From contig JBAZUO010000006.1 in NCBI GenBank assembly GCA_041661345.1, positions 3,410 through 67,409 of the forward strand: a stretch of DNA of 64,000 bases, given 5' to 3'. Positions 52,216 to 60,740 of the stretch are shown here, piece by piece. Numbering within the stretch: the first letter of the stretch is position 1; every line of letters begins with the position of its first letter. The DNA comes from Candidatus Omnitrophota bacterium (GTDB taxonomy: Bacteria > Omnitrophota > Gorgyraeia > 2-01-FULL-45-10). The notes beneath the pieces are model-generated. The model worked only from the letters and a program-made list of their open reading frames with translations, was not told where the DNA came from and made no database searches. The translations under genes and the position numbers were made by a program.

Positions 52216-53693
52216 CCTTTCTTGATATTATTTTTTAAATTCCTTTTAACGAATTTATTCACCCCAAGCCCGGACAAAACCACCATAAGTTTTTTAAAAT
52301 TTATAAGCCTCCCCGCCAGAAATCCGATCACCAGACCATATCTTTTCGTGAATAGCCCTGTAAAATATTTTGTAGCGACACGATTGCTCAGCCTCTTACC
52401 AAGTTTTAACGCCTTTATCCTGTCCTTGCATGGAAAATCATCCGTTTCAAAGATAGGAAATCCGGAATAATAGGAAAGCCGGTCGAGGTATTTCTCATCC
52501 TTATCAAGAAAAATAGAATTTTTTCTGATCCAGTCAAATACTTCTGTCCCCGGATAAGGAACGAGATTATAAAAATTGATCTTGTCTACGGGCCAGTTTT
52601 CGACCTTTTTTATATACTCCCTGATCATATTTAAATTTTCACCGGGATGTCCGATAATAAAAGTTGCGCCGACATACTCTATTCCGGCCTTTTTTGCAAG
52701 GCGCACCGCGCTTTCCGCCTGAGAAACCTTTATCCCCTTACCCATTCTCGCCAATATATCATTGTTCCCGCTTTCCACGCCGAACATGATAATTTTACAT
52801 CCGGATTGCTTCATCTTAAGGAGGAGGGATTCGCTGACCCTGTCCGCTCTCGTACCATTACCTAAAAACCAGCTTATTTTTAAATCGGCTTTGATTATAA
52901 GATCGCAAATCTCCTCTGACCGTTTCATGTCAAAGGTAAAGCAATCATCTATGAATTCGAATTCCTCATACCCTAAGTTTTTCCAATGGATGAGTTCGTC
53001 AAATACATTTTTAGGAGAGCGCGGCCTAAAATTTCTTCCCATAGTCAGCCTTACCGCACAATAATTACAATTATAAGGACAGCCTCTTGATGACGCGATA
53101 TTGATCCTCTTCCTCCTGGCGTATCTATCTATCTCAAAATCTTCATACGCCGGAAAAGGAAGGCTGTCCAGGTCCGTTATGGGCTCCCTGTCGGCATTTT
53201 CCGTAACTGCGCCGTCTCTTTTAAAAATCAGGCCTTTTATCTCTTCCGGGCCGGAAATATTGCCTTTAAGAAATTCCAGAAGCTCAATAAGCGTGAATTC
53301 CCCCTCACCCTTGATCGCATAATCAGCTTCGGTCTCACGCAAACTCTCCTGTCTAACCGATGAAACGTGGGGCCCGCCTATAACTACAGGAATATCAACG
53401 ATCTCTTTTATTTTCTTTATCAAGGCTTGTGTTTTGCTTCGCTCGAGGCTCCAATAGCTTATACCTACAACGGTCGGTTTGTAATCGGCAATTATATCTT
53501 TTATATCTCCGACAGAATAACCTAATCGCATATCTATAGCCTTAAAATCTATAGAATTCTTCTTCAGCATCCCCGATAGATAGGCCAAACCCACAGGAGG
53601 CTCATTAGGAACGCCGAGATCAAAACTCTCAATACTTATCTTAGGCATGATAAGCAGTATATTATGCGAACTTATCGGTCTATTCTGCTGCAT
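52212..53693 (-). CDS. Class B (cobalamin-binding-domain) radical SAM enzyme, paralog 7; first gene of the 53693->32993 array
   Basis: 493 aa. Motifs VIGGPHVSSVRQE...AIKGEGEFTLIELLEFL, then SRGCPYNCNYC. Confidence 0.9.
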   Translation of the reverse strand: MQQNRPISSHNILLIMPKISIESFDLGVPNEPPVGLAYLSGMLKKNSIDFKAIDMRLGYSVGDIKDIIADYKPTVVGISYWSLERSKTQALIKKIKEIVDIPVVIGGPHVSSVRQESLRETEADYAIKGEGEFTLIELLEFLKGNISGPEEIKGLIFKRDGAVTENADREPITDLDSLPFPAYEDFEIDRYARRKRINIASSRGCPYNCNYCAVRLTMGRNFRPRSPKNVFDELIHWKNLGYEEFEFIDDCFTFDMKRSEEICDLIIKADLKISWFLGNGTRADRVSESLLLKMKQSGCKIIMFGVESGNNDILARMGKGIKVSQAESAVRLAKKAGIEYVGATFIIGHPGENLNMIREYIKKVENWPVDKINFYNLVPYPGTEVFDWIRKNSIFLDKDEKYLDRLSYYSGFPIFETDDFPCKDRIKALKLGKRLSNRVATKYFTGLFTKRYGLVIGFLAGRLINFKKLMVVLSGLGVNKFVKRNLKNNIKKG

Positions 53694-53720
53694 ACACTTT
53701 TTCCCATTTTTTAGAATGTA

Positions 53721-53750
53721 ATATTAGCATGGAGGAAGGCTTTATGTCAA
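53721..53750 (-). promoter_or_regulatory. Putative sigma70-type promoter of the 53693->32993 array (TTGACA-18-TAATAT, with TGn extended -10)
   Basis: The reverse complement reads TTGACA taaagccttcctccatgc TAATAT. The -35 box is at 53750..53745 and the -10 box at 53726..53721. A TG sits 1 nt upstream of the -10. Leader of about 27 nt to ATG 53693. Confidence 0.45.
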
Positions 53751-53872
53751 ATGAAAAAACACGGGGTTATTTATCGTATCTTGTTTGCTATCAATTAGAT
53801 AAGTAACTATTTAGTTTATTTTAAACGATTTAAACTTAAGTCTTATCTTAGGATAGCAGACGGTAAATCCTC

Positions 53873-53901
53873 TTGACCTATAAATATCGCAGTGCTATAA
53901 T
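53873..53901 (+). promoter_or_regulatory. Putative sigma70-type promoter (TTGACC-17-TATAAT) giving a leaderless or near-leaderless transcript of the 53911 gene
   Basis: TTGACC at 53873..53878, the 17-nt spacer tataaatatcgcagtgc and TATAAT at 53896..53901. ATG 53911 begins 10 nt after the -10 box. There is no Shine-Dalgarno in tttggcgat. Confidence 0.55.
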
Positions 53902-53910
53902 TTTGGCGAT

Positions 53911-54636
53911 ATGTCAACCTTAATAGTAATGCCAACGTACAATGAATGCAACTGCCTGGAGAATATCTTAAGGGCTATTTTAGCTCTAGGCCTTGACATA
54001 AAAATTTTGATCGTCGACGACAATTCCCCTGACGGCACAGGCCGTATCGCTGACGCCCTGGCAAGATCGGATAATCACATATCTGTATTACACCGGCCAA
54101 AGAAGGAAGGCTTGGGGAAAGCCTATCTTGAAGGCTTCAGGCGCGCCCTCGAAGATAAAGATGTCGATTATATAATGGAAATGGACGCCGATTTTTCGCA
54201 TGACCCAAAATATATTCCAAAATTCCTCGAGGCAATATCCGACTGTGATATCGTCATCGGCTCCAGATTTTACAAGGGCAGGATCAGCATAGTCAACTGG
54301 CCTCTCTCGCGGCTTATCCTGAGCTACGGGGCGCGTATCTACGTAAGATTATTTGCCGGGCTGGGCTTGAGCGATCCTACAAGCGGCTTCAAATGCTTCA
54401 GGCGCCGCGCGGTGGAAATGATCTTGAATAATGGGATAATATCGAACGGGTACGCCTTTCAGATAGAGGTAAACTACGCTTGCAAAAAACTGGGGCTAAA
54501 ATTCGGGGAGATCCCTATAATATTTTATAACAGGGATATAGGTACTTCAAAAATGGGCGCCCTGCGCACAGTCATAGATGCGATGGCTATTGTATGGTTA
54601 GTCAAATTCAAAAGATTCACAGGAAGCATTAAATAA
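53911..54636 (+). CDS. Polyprenol-phosphate mannose/hexose synthase (Dpm1/Ppm1-like GT2, soluble form)
   Basis: 241 aa. Motifs LIVMPTYNE, LIVDDNSPDGTG, EGLGKAYLEGF, MDADFSHDP and IGSRF. Confidence 0.9.
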   Translation: MSTLIVMPTYNECNCLENILRAILALGLDIKILIVDDNSPDGTGRIADALARSDNHISVLHRPKKEGLGKAYLEGFRRALEDKDVDYIMEMDADFSHDPKYIPKFLEAISDCDIVIGSRFYKGRISIVNWPLSRLILSYGARIYVRLFAGLGLSDPTSGFKCFRRRAVEMILNNGIISNGYAFQIEVNYACKKLGLKFGEIPIIFYNRDIGTSKMGALRTVIDAMAIVWLVKFKRFTGSIK

Positions 54637-54647
54637 AACCCTCCGGT

Positions 54648-55931
54648 TCAAATCCCCACATCACGTTTTTTGGCATGCACTATTAGTTCACCTTTCATTA
54701 TATATTTATACTCCAATATTTCAAAACCGTTTTTTTCTAACAGCGAGCAAAGCTCTTTTCTGTCATAATGCGCGATGTGCCCCTCTCCATATGCAAGAGG
54801 CAATATCCTGACGTAGAACCATTCGAAAAATCGCCACCAAAAAGCCGCATAATCAGGGGTGCCTATTATAAGACGGCCTCCATTTTTTAAAACTCTGTTA
54901 AATTCACCCAAATCTAAACTTTCTTTAGGGATATGCTCGACGACCTGCGAACAGATGGCCCGGGAAAATACCTCGTCTTTAAAAGGAAGTTTCGCTATAC
55001 TGCCCTTCACCAATAAGTTACTCACTTTATTCTTGATATAATTCAATTTTTTTAAGCTGATATCCAATCCTACGGAATGCTCCAGGTTTTGAATTATCCT
55101 GCTTGAACCGCATCCCAAGTCCACCAGGCGGCCTTCGCCTTTCGCCATCTTCATGATCAGGGAGTACCTTTTTCTTTGCCAGTATCTCTGCAGAGGTATT
55201 ATGCTGTCAAAAGCCCTGTCGTCATAATCTGCGGAAAAATTTGAATTTCTCAGTTGCCAGGATTGATAAAGGGTCCTGGCATATGAAAGGCCAAATTTAA
55301 ATATCTTTGCAGTTGATCTGTCATGACGCCTCGGTTCATAGAAAAATGGAATTTCCATGATGTGGTAACCATCGCAGTGAATCTTTATCAGAATCTCCGC
55401 AAGTATATTAAAATCTTCCGCGCTGATGGTATTCAATAAGCTCTTTGCAATACCGGTGTCATATAACCTAAAACCGCTTGATAAGTCTTTATAAGGTAAT
55501 GAGAGGGTAAGCGAGTAAGCTTTATTTAAAATTATACTTAATATCTTACGGAAGAAGGGCATGCTGGCGCCCCCGCCGCGCACATAACGCGATGCTATCA
55601 CCAGTTGACACTCATTCCGCTTCTCCCAGAGTCCATTTATAAATTTTGGATTATGGGAACAGTCGGCATCGAGAGTTATAGCATATTTGCCGCCGGCTAC
55701 CTCGAATGCCTGTTTAAACGCGCTGCCATATCCTGGAATGCGTTGAGTTATTACTTTGCAGTCGAAGGATTTTGCGATTTCGGCAGTACCATCGTAGGAA
55801 TTACCGTCTACAACTATGATCTCATAAGCCGATGTCAGCTCCGATACAACAGTTTTTATTTTTGGGACCAATAATTTCAAATTGTCCGCTTCATTGTACG
55901 CCAAAATGATGATAGACAGTTCTTTCTTCAT
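54648..55931 (-). CDS. Fusion protein: Dpm1-type GT2 + C-terminal class I SAM methyltransferase (second copy of this architecture)
   Basis: 427 aa. GT2 motifs: LSIIILAYNE, IVVDGNSYDGT, LDADCSHNP. MT motifs: LVDLGCGSSRII, VFSRAICSQVVEHI, KNGGRLIIGTPD. Confidence 0.85.
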   Translation of the reverse strand: MKKELSIIILAYNEADNLKLLVPKIKTVVSELTSAYEIIVVDGNSYDGTAEIAKSFDCKVITQRIPGYGSAFKQAFEVAGGKYAITLDADCSHNPKFINGLWEKRNECQLVIASRYVRGGGASMPFFRKILSIILNKAYSLTLSLPYKDLSSGFRLYDTGIAKSLLNTISAEDFNILAEILIKIHCDGYHIMEIPFFYEPRRHDRSTAKIFKFGLSYARTLYQSWQLRNSNFSADYDDRAFDSIIPLQRYWQRKRYSLIMKMAKGEGRLVDLGCGSSRIIQNLEHSVGLDISLKKLNYIKNKVSNLLVKGSIAKLPFKDEVFSRAICSQVVEHIPKESLDLGEFNRVLKNGGRLIIGTPDYAAFWWRFFEWFYVRILPLAYGEGHIAHYDRKELCSLLEKNGFEILEYKYIMKGELIVHAKKRDVGI

Positions 55932-55941
55932 ATTATCAAGA

Positions 55942-57681
55942 TCACCTTAATTTTATCTTATAGATCTTCAGGCTATTCTGATACTCCGACGCGGGATTGT
56001 CAAATGTGGCGCCGCTCGGATAGTAAACCTCTTCTTCAAATCTCCCCGCCTCGGGAAGATCTTTATAATAATTTGCCCTTAGGAAATCGGCTCTTTTCTC
56101 GGTGTGATTAGTAAGATACGACCTTATCCCTTCTCCCATTTCTTTCGCAAGGCCCGGCGCTTCCGTCAATTCATCCAATCTATGGCACGTAAGAAGCATA
56201 TATTCTATTCCATGACGGCTCAGTATCGTTCCGATAAGCTCTTCCTGCCCGGCAAAAGTCAGCTTCTCAAATCTCAGGCCATTTTTTTCATCCCGTAGTA
56301 TCTTATCGGCTTCGTACATGATCTGATTCACCGAAATGTAGCTGTAATCTTTATAAAGGCCCGGCCAAAAATATATCGGCCCGGCAACGCTTGAGCCTGG
56401 TGGAATATACGATTTTACCTTTTCTATGAAACCTGCATAAGGCTGCCTCTTGCCTGAAGAAAGGTCTTTATATATAAAAGCTGCATTGGCAGAAAAATAT
56501 AAAATTAAAATCATAGCAAAAAAAATGGTCTTAAACATATCGGGTTTCATACCGCGCGCACTAAATCCAGCTATCAATCTATCCGTAGGCAAAGAAAGGC
56601 ATATGCCGAAATACGGCACCATTTCATAGAGATAAGCCGGAAATTTATTGGGATGGACCGACATGGATATGATGAATACAGATATAATGAATAGCAAAAA
56701 AAATTCGCTTTTTGTCTTAAACTTTTTGATTATGAGGGCCGCGAAAGAAGCAAAAAGAATAATCTGGCCGGACATGCGCGCAAAATATATATTCAGGTTA
56801 ACATTGGAAATAAGCCAATTTAAATCATAAATATATCTATTAACAAGCCGGCCATCTACCCAGATATTGTTGAATATATTCCTCACTGGCGGCAACCCGA
56901 AATACCGCACCGGAATCTCATCCAGGATATTAAGGAAAATAGGCTGGGCATAATAGAATTCCTTAAATATTAGACCCATCTGCCTGGCATATTCCTGAAA
57001 GTTCAATAAAATATACGCCATATAAGGGCCGACGCTGAGCAAAAGCCCAAGCATATACAGGAAAAGCTGAAAAAAGGATCTATTGTAGAAAATCAAAAGA
57101 ATGGTTATTATTATACTTATGGCCATGCCTGTGGGGTGCGATAAATATGACATGCCCGTCAATATCCCGGATGCTATGAAATAAAATTTAGAGCGATTCG
57201 TATTTGCTATATAGTAAAATAAAATAGCCGATACGCCGAACAATGTCGCGGGAATTTCCGATAATAGTTGCCTGGAATTCAAAAAAAATATATGACTTGA
57301 CGCGACGATCAGCGCGGATAACAGGGCCACCCTGCCATTAAACATCCTCCGTGCAAGAAGATAGACGACAATCAATGTTATAACACTCAGAATGATGTAT
57401 AATAACCGGCCGGTAAAGATACTTAAACCGAATATTTTTCCGAATCCTGCCAATAGGATCCACTGTAACGGCATCGCATTGAAAAGCTTTCCATACTCAA
57501 ATTTGGCTGTGTAAAAATCACACCAAATCCGCCCTTCTGTTATTATGTGGTTTGCGGTATTCAGATGGACTATCTCATCAAACCATGGGTTGGGGACATC
57601 CGCTAATTTATATAGCGCTAGAAACACGTATAAAGATAATATGATAAGGAGCAATAATCTAAAACGTGTTTTATTTTTCAT
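55942..57681 (-). CDS. GT-C-fold membrane glycosyltransferase (ArnT/PMT_2, GT39/GT83-like)
   Basis: 579 aa. About 12 TM helices, then a soluble C-terminal domain. First-loop motif PNPWFDEIVHLNTANHII (the DE motif of ArnT/PMT-type enzymes). Confidence 0.75.
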   Translation of the reverse strand: MKNKTRFRLLLLIILSLYVFLALYKLADVPNPWFDEIVHLNTANHIITEGRIWCDFYTAKFEYGKLFNAMPLQWILLAGFGKIFGLSIFTGRLLYIILSVITLIVVYLLARRMFNGRVALLSALIVASSHIFFLNSRQLLSEIPATLFGVSAILFYYIANTNRSKFYFIASGILTGMSYLSHPTGMAISIIITILLIFYNRSFFQLFLYMLGLLLSVGPYMAYILLNFQEYARQMGLIFKEFYYAQPIFLNILDEIPVRYFGLPPVRNIFNNIWVDGRLVNRYIYDLNWLISNVNLNIYFARMSGQIILFASFAALIIKKFKTKSEFFLLFIISVFIISMSVHPNKFPAYLYEMVPYFGICLSLPTDRLIAGFSARGMKPDMFKTIFFAMILILYFSANAAFIYKDLSSGKRQPYAGFIEKVKSYIPPGSSVAGPIYFWPGLYKDYSYISVNQIMYEADKILRDEKNGLRFEKLTFAGQEELIGTILSRHGIEYMLLTCHRLDELTEAPGLAKEMGEGIRSYLTNHTEKRADFLRANYYKDLPEAGRFEEEVYYPSGATFDNPASEYQNSLKIYKIKLR

Positions 57682-57683
57682 AC

Positions 57684-58826
57684 CTACAGCGCAGAATTCA
57701 ATTTTTGAGCGATAATTTCCGCTATTACGCTGTTTCCGTAATCGGTGAGATGGACGACATCCACAAACATCCTGTCTTTATCCTCCCGAGGATATCTGTC
57801 CACGGTATCCGCCGCGTCGATACATTCCAGGGAGTAGCGCTTCGCGGTATTTCTTATCAAATCATTGCTGATCTCATAGTGCTTTTTCCAAAGCCTCTCA
57901 TCCTCCCAAAATGTCTTTGGATTAACGGAAGTGAGATAGAGCGGCTGAGTGATCAATATCAACCTTATTTTATGCGCGGTCGCTTCTTCGCATACTTTTT
58001 CCAGATATAACTCGAAATCGCCCCATACCTTTTTGTCGTTCAATATTTTTTCTGCACATCCCGGATTATACCAGACCGCATCCACCCGTTTACCTTTCAT
58101 CAGGTAAATTTTTTCGTTCAACGTACATAATAATAAACTTTTCGACAGCAAAAACATTTTTATTTTAAAGAGCTGAGACCTCAACCCTGTCCCTTCGTAG
58201 GATTTCGCGTTCCAGTTGTTATATCCGCTATAGACGGTTATTATATCCGGCTTGAGATCGAAGATCTCATTTTTCAAAAAATAGTAAATCTCCCTTATAT
58301 TCATCCCGCCGACACCGGCATTCACCACTTCTATGTCCTTGCCGTACACTTCTTTCAGTAGTTTCCTGGTTAGATAAGGATATGTATTGTCATCGTTGTT
58401 ATCGGCACCCAGCGTCGAAGATCCGCCCATCATAAAGAGGCGCGTTTTAGTTTTAGGATCAAGCAGCTCAGGGCCTCTGAAGCCGAGGGAATTTATATGC
58501 ATCCCGGCATTTTCATTCAGAAGATAATCCCCCGGGACATTCTTCCTGTAGTCGTTTTTATTGTCATAAACAAATTTAAAGACTTTAACTCCGTCAACAT
58601 TACTTGTCAGGATTTTAGTATTTAAATGGGCTTTAACGGCTTCTGCGCGCTCTTTTTCCTGTATGGTGGTATCCCTTAATTCGAGAGCGGTCTTTGTCCC
58701 GTACATAAGCCAGGTGGGATCTTTGTACCTTACAGCATACCTTATTCTTTGGGTAAGTTCGGGTATACCAAAAAAAAGGACGATGATTACGAATGAAACC
58801 AGGATGGTTTTAAGAAAATTTTTCAT
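57684..58826 (-). CDS. Membrane-anchored SGNH/GDSL-family hydrolase, paralog of the 893..1924 product
   Basis: 380 aa. N-terminal TM helix (ILVSFVIIVLFFGIPEL). Block I variant LFMMGGSSTLG, a GYNNW motif and block V FVDVVHLTDYGNSVIAE (DxxH). Confidence 0.7.
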   Translation of the reverse strand: MKNFLKTILVSFVIIVLFFGIPELTQRIRYAVRYKDPTWLMYGTKTALELRDTTIQEKERAEAVKAHLNTKILTSNVDGVKVFKFVYDNKNDYRKNVPGDYLLNENAGMHINSLGFRGPELLDPKTKTRLFMMGGSSTLGADNNDDNTYPYLTRKLLKEVYGKDIEVVNAGVGGMNIREIYYFLKNEIFDLKPDIITVYSGYNNWNAKSYEGTGLRSQLFKIKMFLLSKSLLLCTLNEKIYLMKGKRVDAVWYNPGCAEKILNDKKVWGDFELYLEKVCEEATAHKIRLILITQPLYLTSVNPKTFWEDERLWKKHYEISNDLIRNTAKRYSLECIDAADTVDRYPREDKDRMFVDVVHLTDYGNSVIAEIIAQKLNSAL

Positions 58827-58842
58827 GCGCTTTTCGCAGGTC

Positions 58843-59778
58843 TTACTGATTAAGCCTGAACCATTCTATGGTCCGGAAAAGGCCGTCTTCAAGCTTAACC
58901 CGGGGCTTCCATTTAAGAATTTTTTTGGCTTTCGATATATCCGGCCGTCTGACTTTAGGATCATCGACCGGTAAACTCTTATAAACGATCCTAGACTTTG
59001 AATTTGTGAGTTTTATTATGGCCCTGGCTAATCTTACGAGCGACAATTCGTTGGGATTGCCGATGTTAACTGGCAGATTTTCTTTGGACATAAGCAGCTT
59101 ATAGATTCCATCCACAAGATCCGAAACATAACAGAAACTCCTGGTCTGGGAGCCGTCGCCGTAAACGGTGATGGGCCTATTCTTCAACGCCTGACTGATA
59201 AAATTCGGTATGGCCCTTCCGTCGTTTTCTCTCATTTTTTCGCCGTAAGTATTGAATATCCGGACGATCTTCGTGTCTATTCTATGGACCTTATGATAAG
59301 CCATTGTGATCGCTTCCGCAAAGCGTTTCGCTTCATCGTAAACACCGCGCGGGCCTATCGGATTCACATTACCCCAGTAACTTTCCGGTTGCGGATTGAT
59401 GAGCGGATCGCCGTAAACTTCACTTGTTGAAGCCAAAAGAAATACGGCTTTCTTGGCTTTCGCCAAACCAAGGGCATTGTGGGTCCCCAAAGATCCGACC
59501 TTAAGCGTCTGGATCGGATATTTGAGATAGTCTATCGGGCTTGCCGGAGACGCGAAATGTAGGATATAATCAATTTTACCTGTTATGTTTATTTTTTCCG
59601 ACACATTATGTTTTACAAATTTGAAATTCCTGTCTTTCAGCAGATGCTCTATATTCGACATCTTGCCGGTGATGAGATTATCCATGCAAATTATACGATA
59701 ACCCTTTGCCAGAAAAAACTCGCAAAGATAAGACCCTAAAAAACCGGCGCCGCCCATTATTAAAACACGTTTTTTCAT
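58843..59778 (-). CDS. uxs: UDP-glucuronate (or UDP-HexNAc-uronate) decarboxylase, UXS type extended SDR
   Basis: 311 aa. Motifs [51 protein letters not shown] and [26 protein letters not shown]...[16 protein letters not shown]. Confidence 0.9.
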   Translation of the reverse strand: MKKRVLIMGGAGFLGSYLCEFFLAKGYRIICMDNLITGKMSNIEHLLKDRNFKFVKHNVSEKINITGKIDYILHFASPASPIDYLKYPIQTLKVGSLGTHNALGLAKAKKAVFLLASTSEVYGDPLINPQPESYWGNVNPIGPRGVYDEAKRFAEAITMAYHKVHRIDTKIVRIFNTYGEKMRENDGRAIPNFISQALKNRPITVYGDGSQTRSFCYVSDLVDGIYKLLMSKENLPVNIGNPNELSLVRLARAIIKLTNSKSRIVYKSLPVDDPKVRRPDISKAKKILKWKPRVKLEDGLFRTIEWFRLNQ

Positions 59779-60740
59779 ATTTCTTTAAACCAATCTACGG
59801 TTCGATCTAAACCTTCCTCAAATTTCACTATCTTCTTGATTTTCAAAAGCCGTTTCATTTTGCTTATATCGGCACATGATTTTCTGACATCACCGCGCCT
59901 CTTTGGGGCGGATTCGCATTTTAAATTTGTACCAAGCAGCTTATTAAGCTCTCTTACTATATCATTGATCGATGTCGTCGTGCCGCAGGCGATATTAAAA
60001 ACCTCCCCCGATATGCCAGGGGTGACGCAGGCTTTCAGATTTGCCTCAACGACGTTCGATACAAAGGTAAAGTCTCTCGATTGTTTCCCATCCCATTCTA
60101 CTACCGGGCTTTCACCTTTCATCATTTTAGAGATGAACATCGGGATAACAGCCGAATATTTCGACTCTGGATTCTGCCTGGGGCCGAATACGTTGAAATA
60201 TCTCAAGGAGACCGTCTCCAGACCGAATGTTTTCGCAAACGTCACGCAATAATTTTCCGCCGCGAGTTTCGATACGCCATACGGAGATATCGGTGATGCA
60301 TGATCCGTTTCTTTCTGCGGAAACTTTTTTGCGTTACCATACGCCGAGCTGGATGACGCGTAAACAACCCTTTTAACTTTATTATCTTTTGCGGCCATCA
60401 GAAGATTGAGGGTGCCGAAAACATTAACATCGTTCGTCATGAAGGGGTCTTCGACTGACTTTGCCACAGAACGAAGCGCGGCCTGATGGATAACAAAATT
60501 CACACCCCGGAGAGCCTTGTCCAGCAATCGCTTGTCCCTTACGTCGCCCTCGATAACTTTTATCCTGTCGAGAAAAGGTTCTATATTTTCGCGTTTACCG
60601 GTAGTGAAATTATCGAGAATGCGGACTTCACCGACTTCAGGGGCAGTGCCCTTCTGGGACAATCCCTTCCGTCTCAGGAGCTCTTCGACGATATTGGAGC
60701 CTATGAATCCCGCGCCGCCCGTCACAAGATAACTTGCCAC
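59775..60740 (-). CDS. NAD-dependent nucleotide-sugar 4-epimerase (WbpP/TviC-like)
   Basis: 321 aa, GTG start. Motifs [30 protein letters not shown] (YxxxK), [24 protein letters not shown] and [18 protein letters not shown]. Confidence 0.85.
   Translation of the reverse strand: MASYLVTGGAGFIGSNIVEELLRRKGLSQKGTAPEVGEVRILDNFTTGKRENIEPFLDRIKVIEGDVRDKRLLDKALRGVNFVIHQAALRSVAKSVEDPFMTNDVNVFGTLNLLMAAKDNKVKRVVYASSSSAYGNAKKFPQKETDHASPISPYGVSKLAAENYCVTFAKTFGLETVSLRYFNVFGPRQNPESKYSAVIPMFISKMMKGESPVVEWDGKQSRDFTFVSNVVEANLKACVTPGISGEVFNIACGTTTSINDIVRELNKLLGTNLKCESAPKRRGDVRKSCADISKMKRLLKIKKIVKFEEGLDRTVDWFKEI

Noticed and set aside
23875-57681. GT-C proteins as PglB/AglB-type oligosaccharyltransferases, i.e. 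an N-glycosylation system together with the PglK-like ABC protein.
   Set aside because: None of the four polytopic proteins contains a WWDYG-like motif or an STT3-type C-terminal domain that I can recognise. Their first-loop D/E motifs and their pairing with Dpm1/GtrB-like synthases fit ArnT/PMT-type monosaccharide transferases better.
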